From Octopus bimaculoides (Eukaryota), in the NCBI RefSeq assembly GCF_001194135.2, contig NC_068981.1, positions 134,076,715 to 134,140,714 on the forward strand: a stretch of DNA of 64,000 nt, given 5' to 3'. Under the pieces are notes generated by a model. It saw only the letters and a list, made by a program, of their open reading frames with translations. It had not been told where the DNA came from and searched no databases. The position numbers and the translations under genes were made by a program. The stretch's first letter is position 1; each line of letters begins with the position of its first letter. Below are positions 38,661 to 52,224 of this stretch, one piece after another.

Positions 38661-40149
38661 AAGAAAGGGGGAGATAACATTTTAGTCAATGCATAGATAC
38701 TGAAAAGTATATATATAAAAGATATACATATATATAACAGGCTTCTTTCAGTTTCCATCTACCAAATCTACTCACAAGGCTTTGGTCAGCTTGAGGCTAT
38801 AACAGAGGACACTTGCCCAAGGTGTCATAGTGGGACTGAACTTGGAACCATGTGGTTGTTAAGCAAACATCTTACCATGCAGCCATGCCTGCACCTAGCC
38901 ATGTTCATGATTTATCGAAAGCACTTTTTTCCTTGCTAATTTTAGGGTATCTGATATCATCTGTAACATCTTATGAAGTAGGCAATGGATTAAGTCAAGG
39001 AAAGCTCAGTTAAATAATAAGAGATGTAAAGAGAATAAATCTACCTCTACATAATGAACTATTGTGATACAGAGTGATATTCAAGGTGAGACTGGGAGAG
39101 ACAGGAAAACCTGATCTGATTACCTATGTCAGCATAAAAATACAGGTATTTAACTAGTAATGATGATGAATGAGGATAAAAATCAAATTTCATTGTTTTA
39201 ATCTATTAGATCTTAATTTAGTCTTGACAACATTTAACATTCTAAATGCTGTCGCTTAGTTATTTGATGTCAATCTCTATATCTAGATCTTACCAGATGG
39301 CTGTCGATCAGTTCTACTAAAATAATTTAGCTCTAAATGATGTTTCTTTTCCAGTTAAATTTACTGCGGAGTTTGTTCTTACTTCTAGAAAGAATAAGAT
39401 TGATGCTTTCAGTTATAAAGATGGAGATTTTAAATAATCATGATATTATGATATATGTCTACCAATTTGAAAATAGCATATAATATATGTAAATCTGAAC
39501 ATATAAAATAAATATATTCCTCAAGGGAATTCTGAAATATAGTATTTGTTGAATATCTAAAATATTGCTTTGAATATCTGAAACATTGCTTTTAGAATAA
39601 ATCCTGAGAGAGATTTAATGGTCACAAAATAAGATAATAATTGCATCTAATGATAAAGTTTTCAATCTACATGGGAAAAAGAATGGAGAAAATATTTCTT
39701 TTAATGTTTAGTGTCATTTTGATTATTATTTAATAAAAGACTTTTGAAAAAATTTGCATCGTAGCTGAAAAATTTACAACATGGCTGTATGGATAAGAAG
39801 TTTGTTTCATCCATATGGTTCTGTAGTCTATCCCTCTACACATCATTTTCAACAAATGCCTTCTGTTAAAGCTTCAGTTTGACCAACACTTTGTTAGTGG
39901 AAGTTGTTTGATGGAAACTCAGACAATTTCTAATATAGGCTCAAGGCCCCAAATTTGGAGTAGTTGATTAGAAAGACTCCAGTACTCAACAAGTACTTAT
40001 TCTATCAATTCTCAACCCCAGAATGATGAAAAGCAAAGTTAACTTAAATAGAATTTGAACTAAATGCACCAGTAGTTATTTTTCAAGGTATTTGATGTCG
40101 AAAAACACCATCATCACTGGGGTATTCTTTCAAGTTTGATATGCTGTCT

Positions 40150-40675
40150 TAATATTCTTTCTACTATAGGCAAAAGGCCTGGATTTTATTGGGAGGGGGA
40201 CAGTCGATCACATCGACCCCAGTATTCAACTGGTACTTGATTTATTGACCCTGAAGGGATGAAAGGCAAAGTCGACCTTGGCGGAATTTGAACTCAGACC
40301 ATAGTGGCAGACAAAATACTGCTAAGAATTTTGCTTGGCATGCTAACAATTCTGCCAACTTGCCACCTTGATGCTGCCTTAATATTAATTTCACTAGCAA
40401 TCTATCTTTTATTCTGAACCTGGCTGTTTTTGTGTCATTATATCTTCTCCAAAAAGGAAGCAAGCTGGCAGAAACAATGGCATGCCGGGCGATGTGCTTA
40501 GTGGTATTTCGTCTGTCTTTACATTCTGAGTTCAAATTCTGCTGAGATCAACTTTGCCTTTCATCCTTTTGGGGGTCGATAAATTAAGTACCAGTTGTGT
40601 ACTGAGGTTGATCTAATCGACTGGCCTCCTCCCAAAAAAATTTGGGCCTTGTGCCTAGAGTAGAAAAGATTATAT
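40150..40675. mobile_element. Inverted (head-to-head) pair of SINE family B copies
   Basis: About 40150-40375 (-) and 40455-40675 (+), with a ~80 nt spacer. Confidence 0.85.
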
Positions 40676-41795
40676 CTTCTCCAAAGAGTCTATGGCACCA
40701 CATAAATGCAATCTTGTCCAATTGTTTGCTTGATTTTTGAAGAACAGTGAATCTTAGTTCATCTTCATCCCAAACATTTTCTTTATTTTCCTGAGGATGG
40801 ACTTTTCAGTCATTTTGAAGAAATTGTCATGCCTTAACTGTTTTCATTATTTTCATGTGACTTATTTTTCTGTGTTTTTTCTCATTTTCTGTTGTATTTC
40901 CATCAATAATTATTTCTTCCTCATCGCACAATAAAGGTGTGGTACTACAGGTAGATACTGTTAGAAGGTGAGGTATTTGCCCATCTATTTGTGATACTAG
41001 GCCTAAAGATTTTTCCCTCGTAATCCCCAGAGTTTTGGTTGGTTCGTGTTCTTCTTGTTGTTATAGATTTTCATTAGTTTTGTTTTCCTTGTTTTTGTAT
41101 GATCTTTAAGAACTCAATTGTAAGGTTTGTTTTACTCTTAGAAAGCCTACCTTTCTACCCTTTATCATCAATCTCATACTTTTTATCTATGTAGTATCTA
41201 CTAGGCACACTTGTGGTATTGTTCTGTGACCTTCAGGTGGTCATTAGGACTTGGACCTCTATTCTAATTCTCCCTGACCACAGGTCACTTTTACTTATAT
41301 AGGATTTCCCCATAAAAATTGACCATATTATTGAAGCATGAAGATTAGATATGATTATAGAGGATAAAAGAAAACAAACAGTGTAAAATAAAAGACTTTG
41401 CAATATTATATGATAATAAATAGAATGGATATGAAAGAGATTTTAAAATTGAGAAATACCAAAATCTAAAAGAGATGAAGAGCAGCAATTCTGCCAGCTC
41501 GTTTCCTTAATAATAATGATACAACATATGAAGCGAATCCATACACACACACAAGAAATTTCATGGATGGCCACAACAATGTCAACAACACAATTAACAA
41601 TGACAGTAGCAGTGACACTGATGGCAATAACAACAACAACAACAACTTCCACGATGGCAGCACTGTGGGCGAACACAGAGGAATACAGAAACTGTACCAT
41701 ATTTTCAGGTCTTAGGACAACAGCAGCACAATGGGATGAGAGGATGGGGCTGAGGGGAAGGCCACACTGCTGCTAAAAACTATGACACACACACA

Positions 41796-41850
<55 letters not shown>

Positions 41851-42319
41851 ACCCCCATGCACACAGACAAACAAGGACACAAATGCATGCACACATAAGG
41901 ATGCACATCTTAGAACAACAGAATGGAGTAAGTGGAGCAAGAACACACACAAAAACGAAAAGTGTTGCTGAAGAGGTCACAGATGTGTGATGAAAGATTT
42001 CCGGACAATGGACATGAGTTGAAATAATAAAATAAAAACAGTAATAAACGAGTGAAGAAAAAATATATAGTGCGTGTGTTTATTTGGCAAAAAAAAAAAA
42101 AAATTGACCATCCTGAAATACAACAATGATAATTGTAATAATAATGATGATTTCATTTATTTGCCACAAGGATGAAAGATGAGGAGGACATTACAAAGAC
42201 AGACTTAAAGTGTGGTGGGGTTTACATATAATGAAATGATAAAAAAAAAATGTAAATGAAAGAAAGTAAGATGGACGTGGGCAATGTCAGTGCCTGCTGG
42301 TGGTACATAAAAAGCACTG

Positions 42320-42720
42320 GGCCTCGTGGAGGTAGTGACAAGGCCAACAATTTCAGGGAAAGGGTTAAATTGATTACATCAACCCCAATTCTTGACTGGT
42401 ACTTACTTTATCGACCTCGAAAGGATGTAAGGCAAAGTCGACCTCGGCAGTATTTGAACTCAGAACACGAAGACGGGCGAAATGTCAATAAGCATTCTGC
42501 CTGGTGTAATGATGACGATGATGATGATGACAAAGGCATGTGGCCACATATTTTTGTTGGGGAGGGTATAGACGATTAAATTTACCTCAGTACAAGGGCA
42601 CTTATTTGTTTTAATAACTCTAGAAGGATGGAAAAACAAAATCGGCCTCAACAGAATTTGAACTCAAAATATAATGTGCTGCAAGGCATTTTATCTTTGA
42701 AACTCTAATGATTTTCCCAG
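42320..42720 (-). mobile_element. Two decayed SINE family B copies
   Basis: Similarity to other family B copies. Confidence 0.7.
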
Positions 42721-43519
42721 TTCATCCACTCTAAACAGTAATAACAACAGCAGCAGCAATGAGAACAACAACAACAACAATAACAACAACAGCAACATCG
42801 AAATCAACAGGTGGCAGTTTTGCTAATGATTTGCAATATTCATTATTGATTGCTTTGTTGCTGTTGCTGTTGAATTTGTTTTGCTTTTATTTGCTGTAAA
42901 TCAGTGAGCAGTAGCAGTCAGTAACTGTCTGTATTTACTGGCTGACTTAATTAACCGTGAAGACAAGACAAGGGAAGTGCTAACGGTTATAAAAGAGGAA
43001 TATGGTGACGGTAATAGTGGAGACAGATAGGAAGATAGTAGAGGAGGAGGAGGAGATAGAAATATTGAAAGACGTACGTCGGTGGTGGTGGTGGTGGTGG
43101 TGGCGAGGACGGATAAACAGATATAGGGGCGGCAGGGTGAAGCAGGATAAGATAGAGGTGTGAAAGTGTTGTTGGTGAGGCAGGAAACTGCCAATGTAAT
43201 TAATAAACAATGCTGTAATCAGTTATTATTAAAACCACACTAAACTAACTACACGGGCTGTAATTGCCCAAACACTTCTACGAGCTAACGAAAGAGCATC
43301 TTTTATGGTCGTTTCATTTGTTAGAAATAGCAGCTAAATTCCCACTAATCTCAGTCCATCGTTTTAAAAAAATAAACAAAGGACAGAAATAGTAAGCTAC
43401 TTTAGTTGTGGATGTTCAAGTTGAAAATACAAGATGTGAGTGGCTGGAATGTCTTTGATCATAGGGTCCGTTTCTATCAGATCTGACCTGAGGTTAAACC
43501 AGTGACGTTGCAGCTCATT

Positions 43520-43831
43520 TATTAACGTGCAAGTGGCTGAGCACTCCACAGACACGTGTACCCTTAACGTAGTCCTCTGGGAGATTCAACGTGACACAGA
43601 GTGTGACAAGGTTGACCCTCTTGAAATACAGGTACAACAGAAACAGGAAGAAAGAGTGAGAGAAAGTTGTGGTGAAAGAGTACAGCAGGGTTCACCACCA
43701 CCCACTGCCAGAGCCTCGTGGAGCTTCAGGTGTTTTCACTCAATAAACACTCACAAGGCCTGGTCTGGGAATCAAAACCGCGATCCTACGACCATGAGTT
43801 TGCTGCCCTAACCACTGGGCCATTGCGCCTC

Positions 43832-43835
<4 letters not shown>
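43520..43835 (-). mobile_element. SINE family C, 3' truncated
   Basis: Matches 17580-17965. Confidence 0.9.
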
Positions 43836-43908
<73 letters not shown>

Positions 43909-44187
43909 GAGAGTGAGAGAGAGACTTCTATGTGTGTGAGAGATTTATTAGTACAAAAAGGATGGTTATTATAGACCTGTATTGTAGAGAATCTATTGTA
44001 TGTAGCTAGGATTACAAACTCATTCCTAAAATTTTCATGAAAGCCACCCTGTTTGACTCACTGTATTCATTGGTAGGTTGAATGGACTAATGGATTCCAA
44101 GTCATTGTTAAGTATTGTTGGCGACATAAGGCTGTGTGCACATTCTTTAGGAAAGGCAATGCAAATCTGGTTACTACAAATTCCACT

Positions 44188-44224
<37 letters not shown>

Positions 44225-44297
44225 ACAAACACACACACACGCAAACATACATGCATACAAACATACATACATAGTCTTATAATATGTGGGTGTATTG

Positions 44298-44359
<62 letters not shown>

Positions 44360-44821
44360 AGGAGAGAGAGAGTGAGAGAGAGAGACAGATAGATAGACAG
44401 ACAGACAGATAGATAGATAGATATGTGTACATACATACATAGATGTGCATAAACATGCACAAACACAAACTATATATATATATATATATACATACATATC
44501 ATCACCATCATCATTGTTGTCACTGTCATCTTAATGTTAATTTTTCCATGCTTGCATGGACCACTCAAAACTTGCTGAGGCAGATTTTCTATGGCCAGAT
44601 GCCCTTTCTATTGTCAACCCTCACTTGTTTGCAAGCCCCTTGGCCAGACATGTATTTTTTAAAGACGAATGGAAACAACATTGCTTGTATGATGAGAATG
44701 GTTGTTCACAACCATCACGTGATTTCAGAAAGAAGGTACACACACACGTACACACACACACACGTGCACACACACACACACACACACACAAACATATACA
44801 CAGACACACATCATTGTCATC

Positions 44822-46700
44822 ATACAACAGTTCAACAGTTTCATCTCTTTTGTTAACACCTTTCATCCCACTTTGGAATTTACTTCCATTGTATCTGATA
44901 ACTCTGTTAGTTTCTTCAATAGCTCCATCACCATCAACAATATCCATCTGTCCACCTCTGTCCATTAGAAGTCTATTGACTCCTATTCCTATCTCCACTA
45001 CTCTTCTTCTCACTCCAAACACACTAAATTTGCTGTCATACCATCTTCTCAATTTCTTTGTCTTTACCAACTCTGCAGCACTGAATCAAATTTCGAATCC
45101 CAGGGTGAGAAAATATGACAATTCTTCCTGAATTGAGGATACTCTTGATCTTTTGGATTCCCTGCAATTCACCAGACCCAGGCCATCAACTGTGCCATCA
45201 TTCTCCTGTCCTCTTTATGCATACCTACAGACCATATTCTGCTCTCGTTCACCTTTCATTCATCCCTCCTTCCATTGAGAAACAAACTTATCCCAACTTC
45301 CAAATTCTGTTTCCTTCCCACATCCACTTTAATCTTTCCCACATCACTTGTCCTCACCCACAAAGAAGCTAAGAACATCAGAAACTTCTGTGTAAGAAGC
45401 TCTGTATCCCCAACCCCACACAACCAGGCACTTTTAAATGCACTTGTCAATGATGCAATACAATGGTTCCCAACCTGAAAAGTCCACAAAGGTAGTACTG
45501 GGGTCCGTGAACTAAATTGAAAATTTCATATACACACTTCATGCCTGGCTGTACAGCCTTTTTGTTTGTTTATTTCACCGTTTCGTTTTCCTGTCTTGTT
45601 TTCCGTCCGCCACTACCCTCCACGAAAACAATTTAATTTGTGTTCGTGGGAAGAACCATTTTAACGATGCGTACTGCCTTAATTCTTCGAAACGCCGGAG
45701 TTTTAATGGTGGCAGCTGATGAAGGGGATGTTTCTATGTGGCCTGCTTGTTTGTTGCACCTTGTTTACCATTTTTGTCCTTGTTCTTTTGCCACGTCATG
45801 TACCCAGTTATGTATCTATATGTACATGTGGATGAACGTATATACATACATGTACATATATATGCATATACTCATATATTGTTTATATNNNNNNNNNNNN
45901 NNNNNNNNNNNNNNNNNNNNNNNNNNNNNNNNNNNNNNNNNNNNNAGTCCTATTTCTGCCATGAAACGTGCATAGTCTATGTACTAGCACTGACTTTTTA
46001 CATTTATACTTCCATACTGTATATTATCGTATTAATGTTTACTGTCCAATTTATAAATTTGACTTTTAAATCTTTTAAATTAATATTTCTATGATTTATT
46101 TATATGATTTATATGATTTATTTATGTAATATGTTATTTAATTTAAATTTTCAGATTAAAATCTTAGATATATTAAGATGGTATATGCCTCACAGCATGG
46201 ATTTGGACTGGTTCTGAGTTGACTGAGTTGTAGAGTGGTGGTCCGTCTCTAAATTAGTTATATATATATATGTATATATATATACACACATAAGAGTAAG
46301 CATATTAAAAGGGGTCTGTAGAAAAATTCATTTAAATAAAAGGGTTGGGAACCAGTGTGAAAAGGTTGGGAACCACTGATGTAATACCTACCCTTACATT
46401 AACAACACTACTAGCCTATGTCATAGTAGCAAATTATTCAGAATTTCTGTTGCACATCTTCCAGCCTTATATATTGTATTATATGCAAACTTTGCAGTGC
46501 TCTTTATGTTGGAGAAACAGGCTGACACCTTGCTGATCATATTTCGGAGCACATTCAATGTATACTACTACATAAGTCTGGTCAACCTGTTGCCACCTAT
46601 TCAACACAACAGGTATGTGACTTCTTTGTACACCATGGGTCCTGTACTCAAGGAAATGGTGGAATTTGAACTCCAACTGTAAAGGGTCAGAAGAAATACC
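44822..46700 (+). mobile_element. Decayed Penelope-like element (RT thumb to GIY-YIG) split by a hAT insertion
   Basis: FISFVNTFHPTLEFT...LSTSVH*KSIDSYSYLHYSSSH...IPSSQFLCL, then QPGTFKC. After the insertion it resumes with ALYVGETG*HLADHISEHI...PVA (GIY-YIG second motif). Confidence 0.85.
45461..46378. mobile_element. Non-autonomous hAT element with secondary insertion
   Basis: TIR CAATGGTTCCCAACCT / AGGTTGGGAACCACTG; 8-bp TSD ATGCAATA / ATGTAATA. The interior holds a CpG-rich foreign segment and an N gap. Confidence 0.85.
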
Positions 46701-47144
46701 ACGTAGTAATTTTTCCAGCATTCTAACAAGTATGCCAGCTCACTGCCTTAATAATAAAAATAAAAACTACAAATATTACAGATAGCAAAAGTGAATGGGG
46801 AAAGGAAGTGAGAATGAGAAGGAAGACAAAAGGAATTAAATTTGAAAGCAACAATAGACTCACGAGTTTGAAATTCATAAAGAGCAAGGTCACAAAAAGA
46901 CAACTGATTAAATCCTAAAAGAATAATGTTACATATCAAATTGTCATGTTAAAGACATTAACTACTCCCATTCTGAAAGAAGAATGTAATTGAGAAAAGA
47001 AAAGAAATAAATGAACAAAACTCCTAAGGCTCATAAAATCTAATCAGTAACTAATTTTCAACAGATACAGTGGAATTGTGTCAAAGGAAAAGTTATGGGT
47101 GTTGATAAAACATTTTGACACTTTACAGTACTATTGATATATAA

Positions 47145-47350
47145 AGGCAACAAGCTGGCAGAATCGTTACCATGCCGGAAAAAATACTTAGTGGCATTTC
47201 CTCTGACTTTATGTTCTGAGTTCAAATCCCACCAGGGTTACTTTGTTTTTCATCCTTTGAGGATCAATAAAATGAGTACACGTTGAATGCTGGAGCCAAT
47301 GTAATTGATTTACTCCCTCTTGTGAAATTGCTGACCTTGTGCCAAAAATT
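47145..47350 (+). mobile_element. SINE family B
   Basis: A box AGCTGGCAGAATCGTTAC, B box GAGTTCAAATCC. Adjacent SINE A 3' half at about 47575-47735 (-) and SINE B head at 47735-47842 (+). Confidence 0.8.
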
Positions 47351-48893
47351 GAACTATAAATGAAAGTGAAAGTAACAGTTTTCTTTTGCTTTTTTAACCT
47401 TTTGTTGTTTCTTAAGTGGCTGAAATGTAATTGTTTCATTTTCAATATATGATCTCAGATCAAGACCCTTACCACTTAAATCCAACACTCAAATATGTAT
47501 TTATATATATTTATGTATTTGTGTGTGAGTGAATGTGTGTGCATATGTATGTGTTTAAAAGTTGTTCTTTTTGGGGTTTTTTAACATGTTTCCATCAGTA
47601 GACTATGGTCATGCTGGGGCACAGCCTTGAAGAATTTTTAGTTGAATGAATTGACCCCAGTACTTACATTTTTTAAGCCTGGTATTTATTCTATCCGTCA
47701 CTTTTACCAAACCGCTACATTATAGGGACACAAAAAGGCAGTGAGCTGGCAGAAACATTAGCATGCCGGGTGAAATGCTTAGCAGTATTTTGTCTGTCTT
47801 TATGTTCTGAGTTCAAATTCTGCCAAGGTCGACTTTGCCTTTGAAAAAAATAACTGTTAAAATTGAACTACACTCTTCAAAACTTGCACTAAGAATAAGT
47901 ACAAGATAAAATTACTAGCTGCTTTTATAGCAAGTTGATGTAAGTAGTTTATCCTGTTCCCCTCTGATTTTAGTTCATGCAACTGAAAAAACAGCATTAT
48001 TCATGGGATGATCCAGTATGCATGTATGAGCACGTCTGTGTATGCTTGAGTGTGAGGTCACTACATAATAGTTGTGAATGATTGTTACTGTCTCACAGTT
48101 AGTGTCATTCATTTCCAATGTCTGCAAAAACATATCTGATCATGAAGAAACATTACTTTGCCTTGAAACAGATGTAGAAAATCGACCTCATTAAACTCTA
48201 TCCAACCTATGTAAGCAGGGACAAGTTAGAGTTAAAACAATGATGATAATGATAATGATGACAATATAAGATATTTAGAAGCACAAATCTGAGCCAGAAT
48301 GAGAACAGGCACTTCTATGGAACGCAATTTACTAGGTGGCCACATTGACCATTAACTCTATAGACTGCATGCTGTCTCCTCTCAAGTAAAGCTATATAAA
48401 TGTTTTATAGTAGAAACTAGAAGTGGAGAACAATTTTATATCTGAAAGCCACATTGAATTAAATGCAATTTAATAAGCTTGCATTAAAGAAAATTTTATT
48501 AAATATACAGAGAAATGTAATTACATTTATTGTGAAAATTTAATTATAAATATATTTATAAATATTAACTGAAGAAATAAAAAATGTAAGCAGACTTTTT
48601 AATACACACACACACATGTATGTATACACACACACACACACACACACACANNNNNNNNNNNNNNNNNNNNNNNNNNNNNNNNNNNNNNNNNNNNNNNNNN
48701 NNNNNNNNNNNNNNNNNNNNNNNNNNNNNNNNNNNNNNNNNNNNNNNNNNNNNNNNNNNNNNNNNNNNNNNNNNNNNNNNNNNNNNNNNNNNNNNNNNNN
48801 NNNNNNNNNNNNNNNNNNNNNTTTATTGAATTATTTTGTAAGAAATTGTTTATTTACTTTAGATTTTGTTAGTACTAACATAAAAGATATAAG

Positions 48894-48934
<41 letters not shown>

Positions 48935-51289
48935 TGTGTATGTATGTGTGTGTGTGTGTGTGTGTGTGTAAGTGTGCAGCTGTAGTTGTTTTATATCTTA
49001 TTTGATATTCTGTTCTATATTATTGTGGTGGTGGTTGTGGCATATTGTTACACCATTCATTCTTTTTCTAGTAAAAGTGTACGTTGAATCAGAATTTGAT
49101 TCCAGTACACATACAGCCTCTGTAAATTGTTGTAATACCAGGTCTTTGTATGTGTGAAAAGCATTTGTATTTCAGTATTGTTTACTGATCCATTGTACTT
49201 CTGTACAGAATGTTGATAAAATACAGTTATCTGTTTCTTTTTCATTGTATTCACATCAGTATCTCCGGTGCTTTCACCTAAACTGCAAGATGTTTCTCCT
49301 ATATGGTTGTAATGATGTTTATACCTACATTGCCCTTTCAACCATCTCAATTAGTTTACATTCCTAGATCTGCAGTTTATCTGTGGGTTGGATGGGAATA
49401 ATCAGCAGTTGTTGTCAGTGCATGGTTTTTTTCTTAAATGAATATGATTTACATAATAGTGACTTGATGGATCTGTTTATATTTTCTACTTCATTGAATT
49501 TAAAATTGTTTCATATAGTACTTTCTTAAATTTGTGTATGATCTCACTTTTGGGTGCAGCCATAATGGACATAATATCTTGGGATTTGTTATTGTCATTG
49601 CACAAGCTTTCTTTGATTGTTTTTTTTCCTTTTTCTTTCAAATACATCCTAGAATTTGTTCCAGTACATTGAGTATACTCCATTTGTATCACCAACCCTG
49701 CAAAAAAAGGGTGATGAAATGCAAGATTGCCTTTGGAGGGATTTGAATATAGACATAAGGTACAAGTATGCCTGTAGAGTTAAAAAGTTCCCTCCATAAC
49801 TATAAGGTTTTGAGTTCAATTGCATTAATTCAACCAAAGATAGATGAGTGTAAAAGAATCTCACTTGATGTGAGTGTGAGTAGATATGCTTGTGTTTGTG
49901 TATGTGTATGTTTTTTCTGTGTGTATGCATGTTTGTTCATGTCTCTCTGTCTTGACATCATGCACTAATGGTAAACAAACATCATCACTGTACAGTGTCA
50001 TTCAAACATGTCTGGCTATTGTACTGTTCATATTTGAATGATTACAGGAAATATGTCACTTGAAAACAGCTGAAGTTTGGTGGCAAGAAGAGCATCCAGC
50101 CATAGAAAATCTGCTTCAATAAATTTTGTCTACCTCATGCAAGCATAGAAAAGTGGATGTTAAAACCACAATGATGACAACAATGATTGATGATGACATA
50201 AACAGCTGCAATGAATATCACAAGGCATTTAGTCCAATGCTCTAATGCTGCTATTAATTTACCACATTTAAAAAATATTTATATGACTTTCATAAGCACA
50301 AATGGAAAACAAAAAGAGAACAGAGACACTGGCAGGACTCAAACTGTATAGCTATCACATTAGATGTGACCCTGCTACTGATAACCACCCTCCTCCCACA
50401 TGCACACACTCACATATTGTAGCAGGAAGACCTGTGGTGTTGACATGTATTCATCAACTTTTGCCCATACTCACACATGATGTGTGCACATTCAAAATAA
50501 TATGTTGCTGCAATGCATACTATAAAACAATGCTTTTTTTTTCTTTTATGATAACCATAAATGCACACACACACACACACACGCGCACGCTAATCAATTT
50601 GGTTATAAAGGCCATCTATATCCTATCATTTGGTGTGTGTTGTGTAAGTCTATATTATCTATAGTTACAAGGAGTGCTCCTCTTACAGTAATTTTACATT
50701 GTAAAGATGAATATATTTGCATAAATATTGCTTTATTATTAGGTTTCTCATCTTACACCTGAAACAAAACAAACTGACTAAGAAAGAAAAGCAAATAGGT
50801 GTTCTTACGGAAGACTACAAACATATTAGATTTAATTAGATTTGGGGAAATATCTACAATGTTCGCACCAGTCAGTATTAATATTCTATTTATAGTTGCT
50901 CTTACATGCAGTCAGAGGATCAAAATCATTTCATTGGCTTCATACAGGGGAGGGTCACATTTGTGCTACATAAAAAAAAATCATATTTCAGACAGGCTTC
51001 TTACAAAATAATAGTTAACAGGAAACAACTACAAGGGAAAGCAGCTGATTCATGATCAGCTTCAAAACTGTGAAACCTCCTTGCAGTTCAATGGAAAACA
51101 AGTGGATTGATATCTCCCAATGATCTGTGGATAGAATTTAGAGGTATCATAGCCAGTGATTATAAGCATCAATTATAAGCAACATAATCCCAAAGATGTC
51201 ATTCATTTCAGTGATCCTGTCTTTGTCATGGCTCTCATTGTAATTGAGGACAATTTCTGGCAATGGGTGGAGGAAAATAGCATAAATAT

Positions 51290-51570
51290 GATTTCTAATG
51301 CAGCAGTCCTGGTTGGGATGAATGTTACTGTTATTTAGCCCCAGGAAACATTGTCTCCAGTTGGCTATACGACACACTATCTGTGTCCTTATATTTTCGA
51401 ACAAGGGAGTTTAGCATCCCCACTCAGCACAAAGCAATATCTGCATACCTTGGTTTCTGGATTATTTCTCTTCATCCGCACAAAATAACTGCTTGGCTAG
51501 AGATGGCATTGGTAAATTCCTGATCAAAAATATACAATTTTCAAAGTGATACACAGTCAATGATCTAATA
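51290..51570 (-). mobile_element. ~280 bp HHR-bearing repeat module (inverted copy of 54000-54275)
   Basis: ORFs 51147- and 54171+ share a near-identical translation. Minus-strand motif TTTGTG-CGGATGA-...-GAAAC-CAAG-GT-A-TGCAGA at 51440-51484. Confidence 0.8.
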
Positions 51571-51642
51571 CTCTCTCTTTTACTCTTTTACTTGTTTCAG
51601 TCATTTGACTGCGGCNNNNNNNNNNGTATATATATATATTTC

Positions 51643-52147
51643 ATATGATGGAACTGGAAGCGTACCAGATTTGCTGGAGTAAGAAGTCAAATGACTTCGG
51701 AAGCCATAGTTAGATCATTTTACGAACAAGCCCTGTGAAAATCGGGCAAGGAATAAAAATTAAGCTGCTACCTTTGCGAAGGTGACAAAGGAAATAGCAG
51801 ATAGCTCTGAATTGTGTATATTTATTTATAAATTATTCATGTAATTCGTCCACTTATGTGCCTCGGGCCATCGAACGAACACACGAGCACGGCGAGGGGA
51901 ATAAGTTTAAATTTGATTTCTTTCGAGGTAAGCATAACAGAAGAAGGGATAAGATTGCTTATTCAGAACCCGAAGCCGGTATTAAGCTATCTTCTATTTC
52001 CTCTACTACCCTTACAAAATTAGGAGCCTAATTTTTAATCCTTGCTCGATTTTCACCATACTTGTTCGTAAAGTGAGAACCTTTGGCTTCCGAAGTCATT
52101 TGACTTTTATCTCTAGCAAAGTCGGTACTCTTCCAGTACCATTATAT
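51643..52147. mobile_element. Young MITE, ~505 bp, with ~125 bp terminal inverted repeats
   Basis: ATATGATGGAACTGGAAG..AAGTCAAATGACTTCGGAAGCCA.. mirrored at the right end; CpGs retained; superfamily not assigned. Confidence 0.85.
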
Positions 52148-52224
52148 TTTTTAAATTTGCCTACATGCTCTGAATAGCCACTAATATTATTAATTTTATT
52201 ATTAATAATTTTCTTGCATATTCT

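Noticed and set aside
39294-39384. Minus-strand segment with strong splice sites (TTCTTTCTAG ... CTG|GTAAGA)
   Set aside because: All three frames contain stops from the strong acceptor. It could be a UTR exon or use a weaker acceptor, but this is unsupported.
45675-45730. GAAAC followed by CTGATGA as a type II hammerhead
   Set aside because: The 13 nt between the triplet and the core cannot form stem I, and the triplet would be GUU. Kept only as a PLE-terminus hint.
47900-51290. Other exon-like frames (LHELKSEGNRINYLHQLAIKAA near 47.9 kb; ORF 49057-49350; HWEISIHLFSIELQGG near 51.1 kb; plus-strand KVYVESEFDSSTHTAS near 49.1 kb)
   Set aside because: Weak or ambiguous donors and candidates on both strands show that by-eye exon calling gives false positives here; not reported without RNA evidence.
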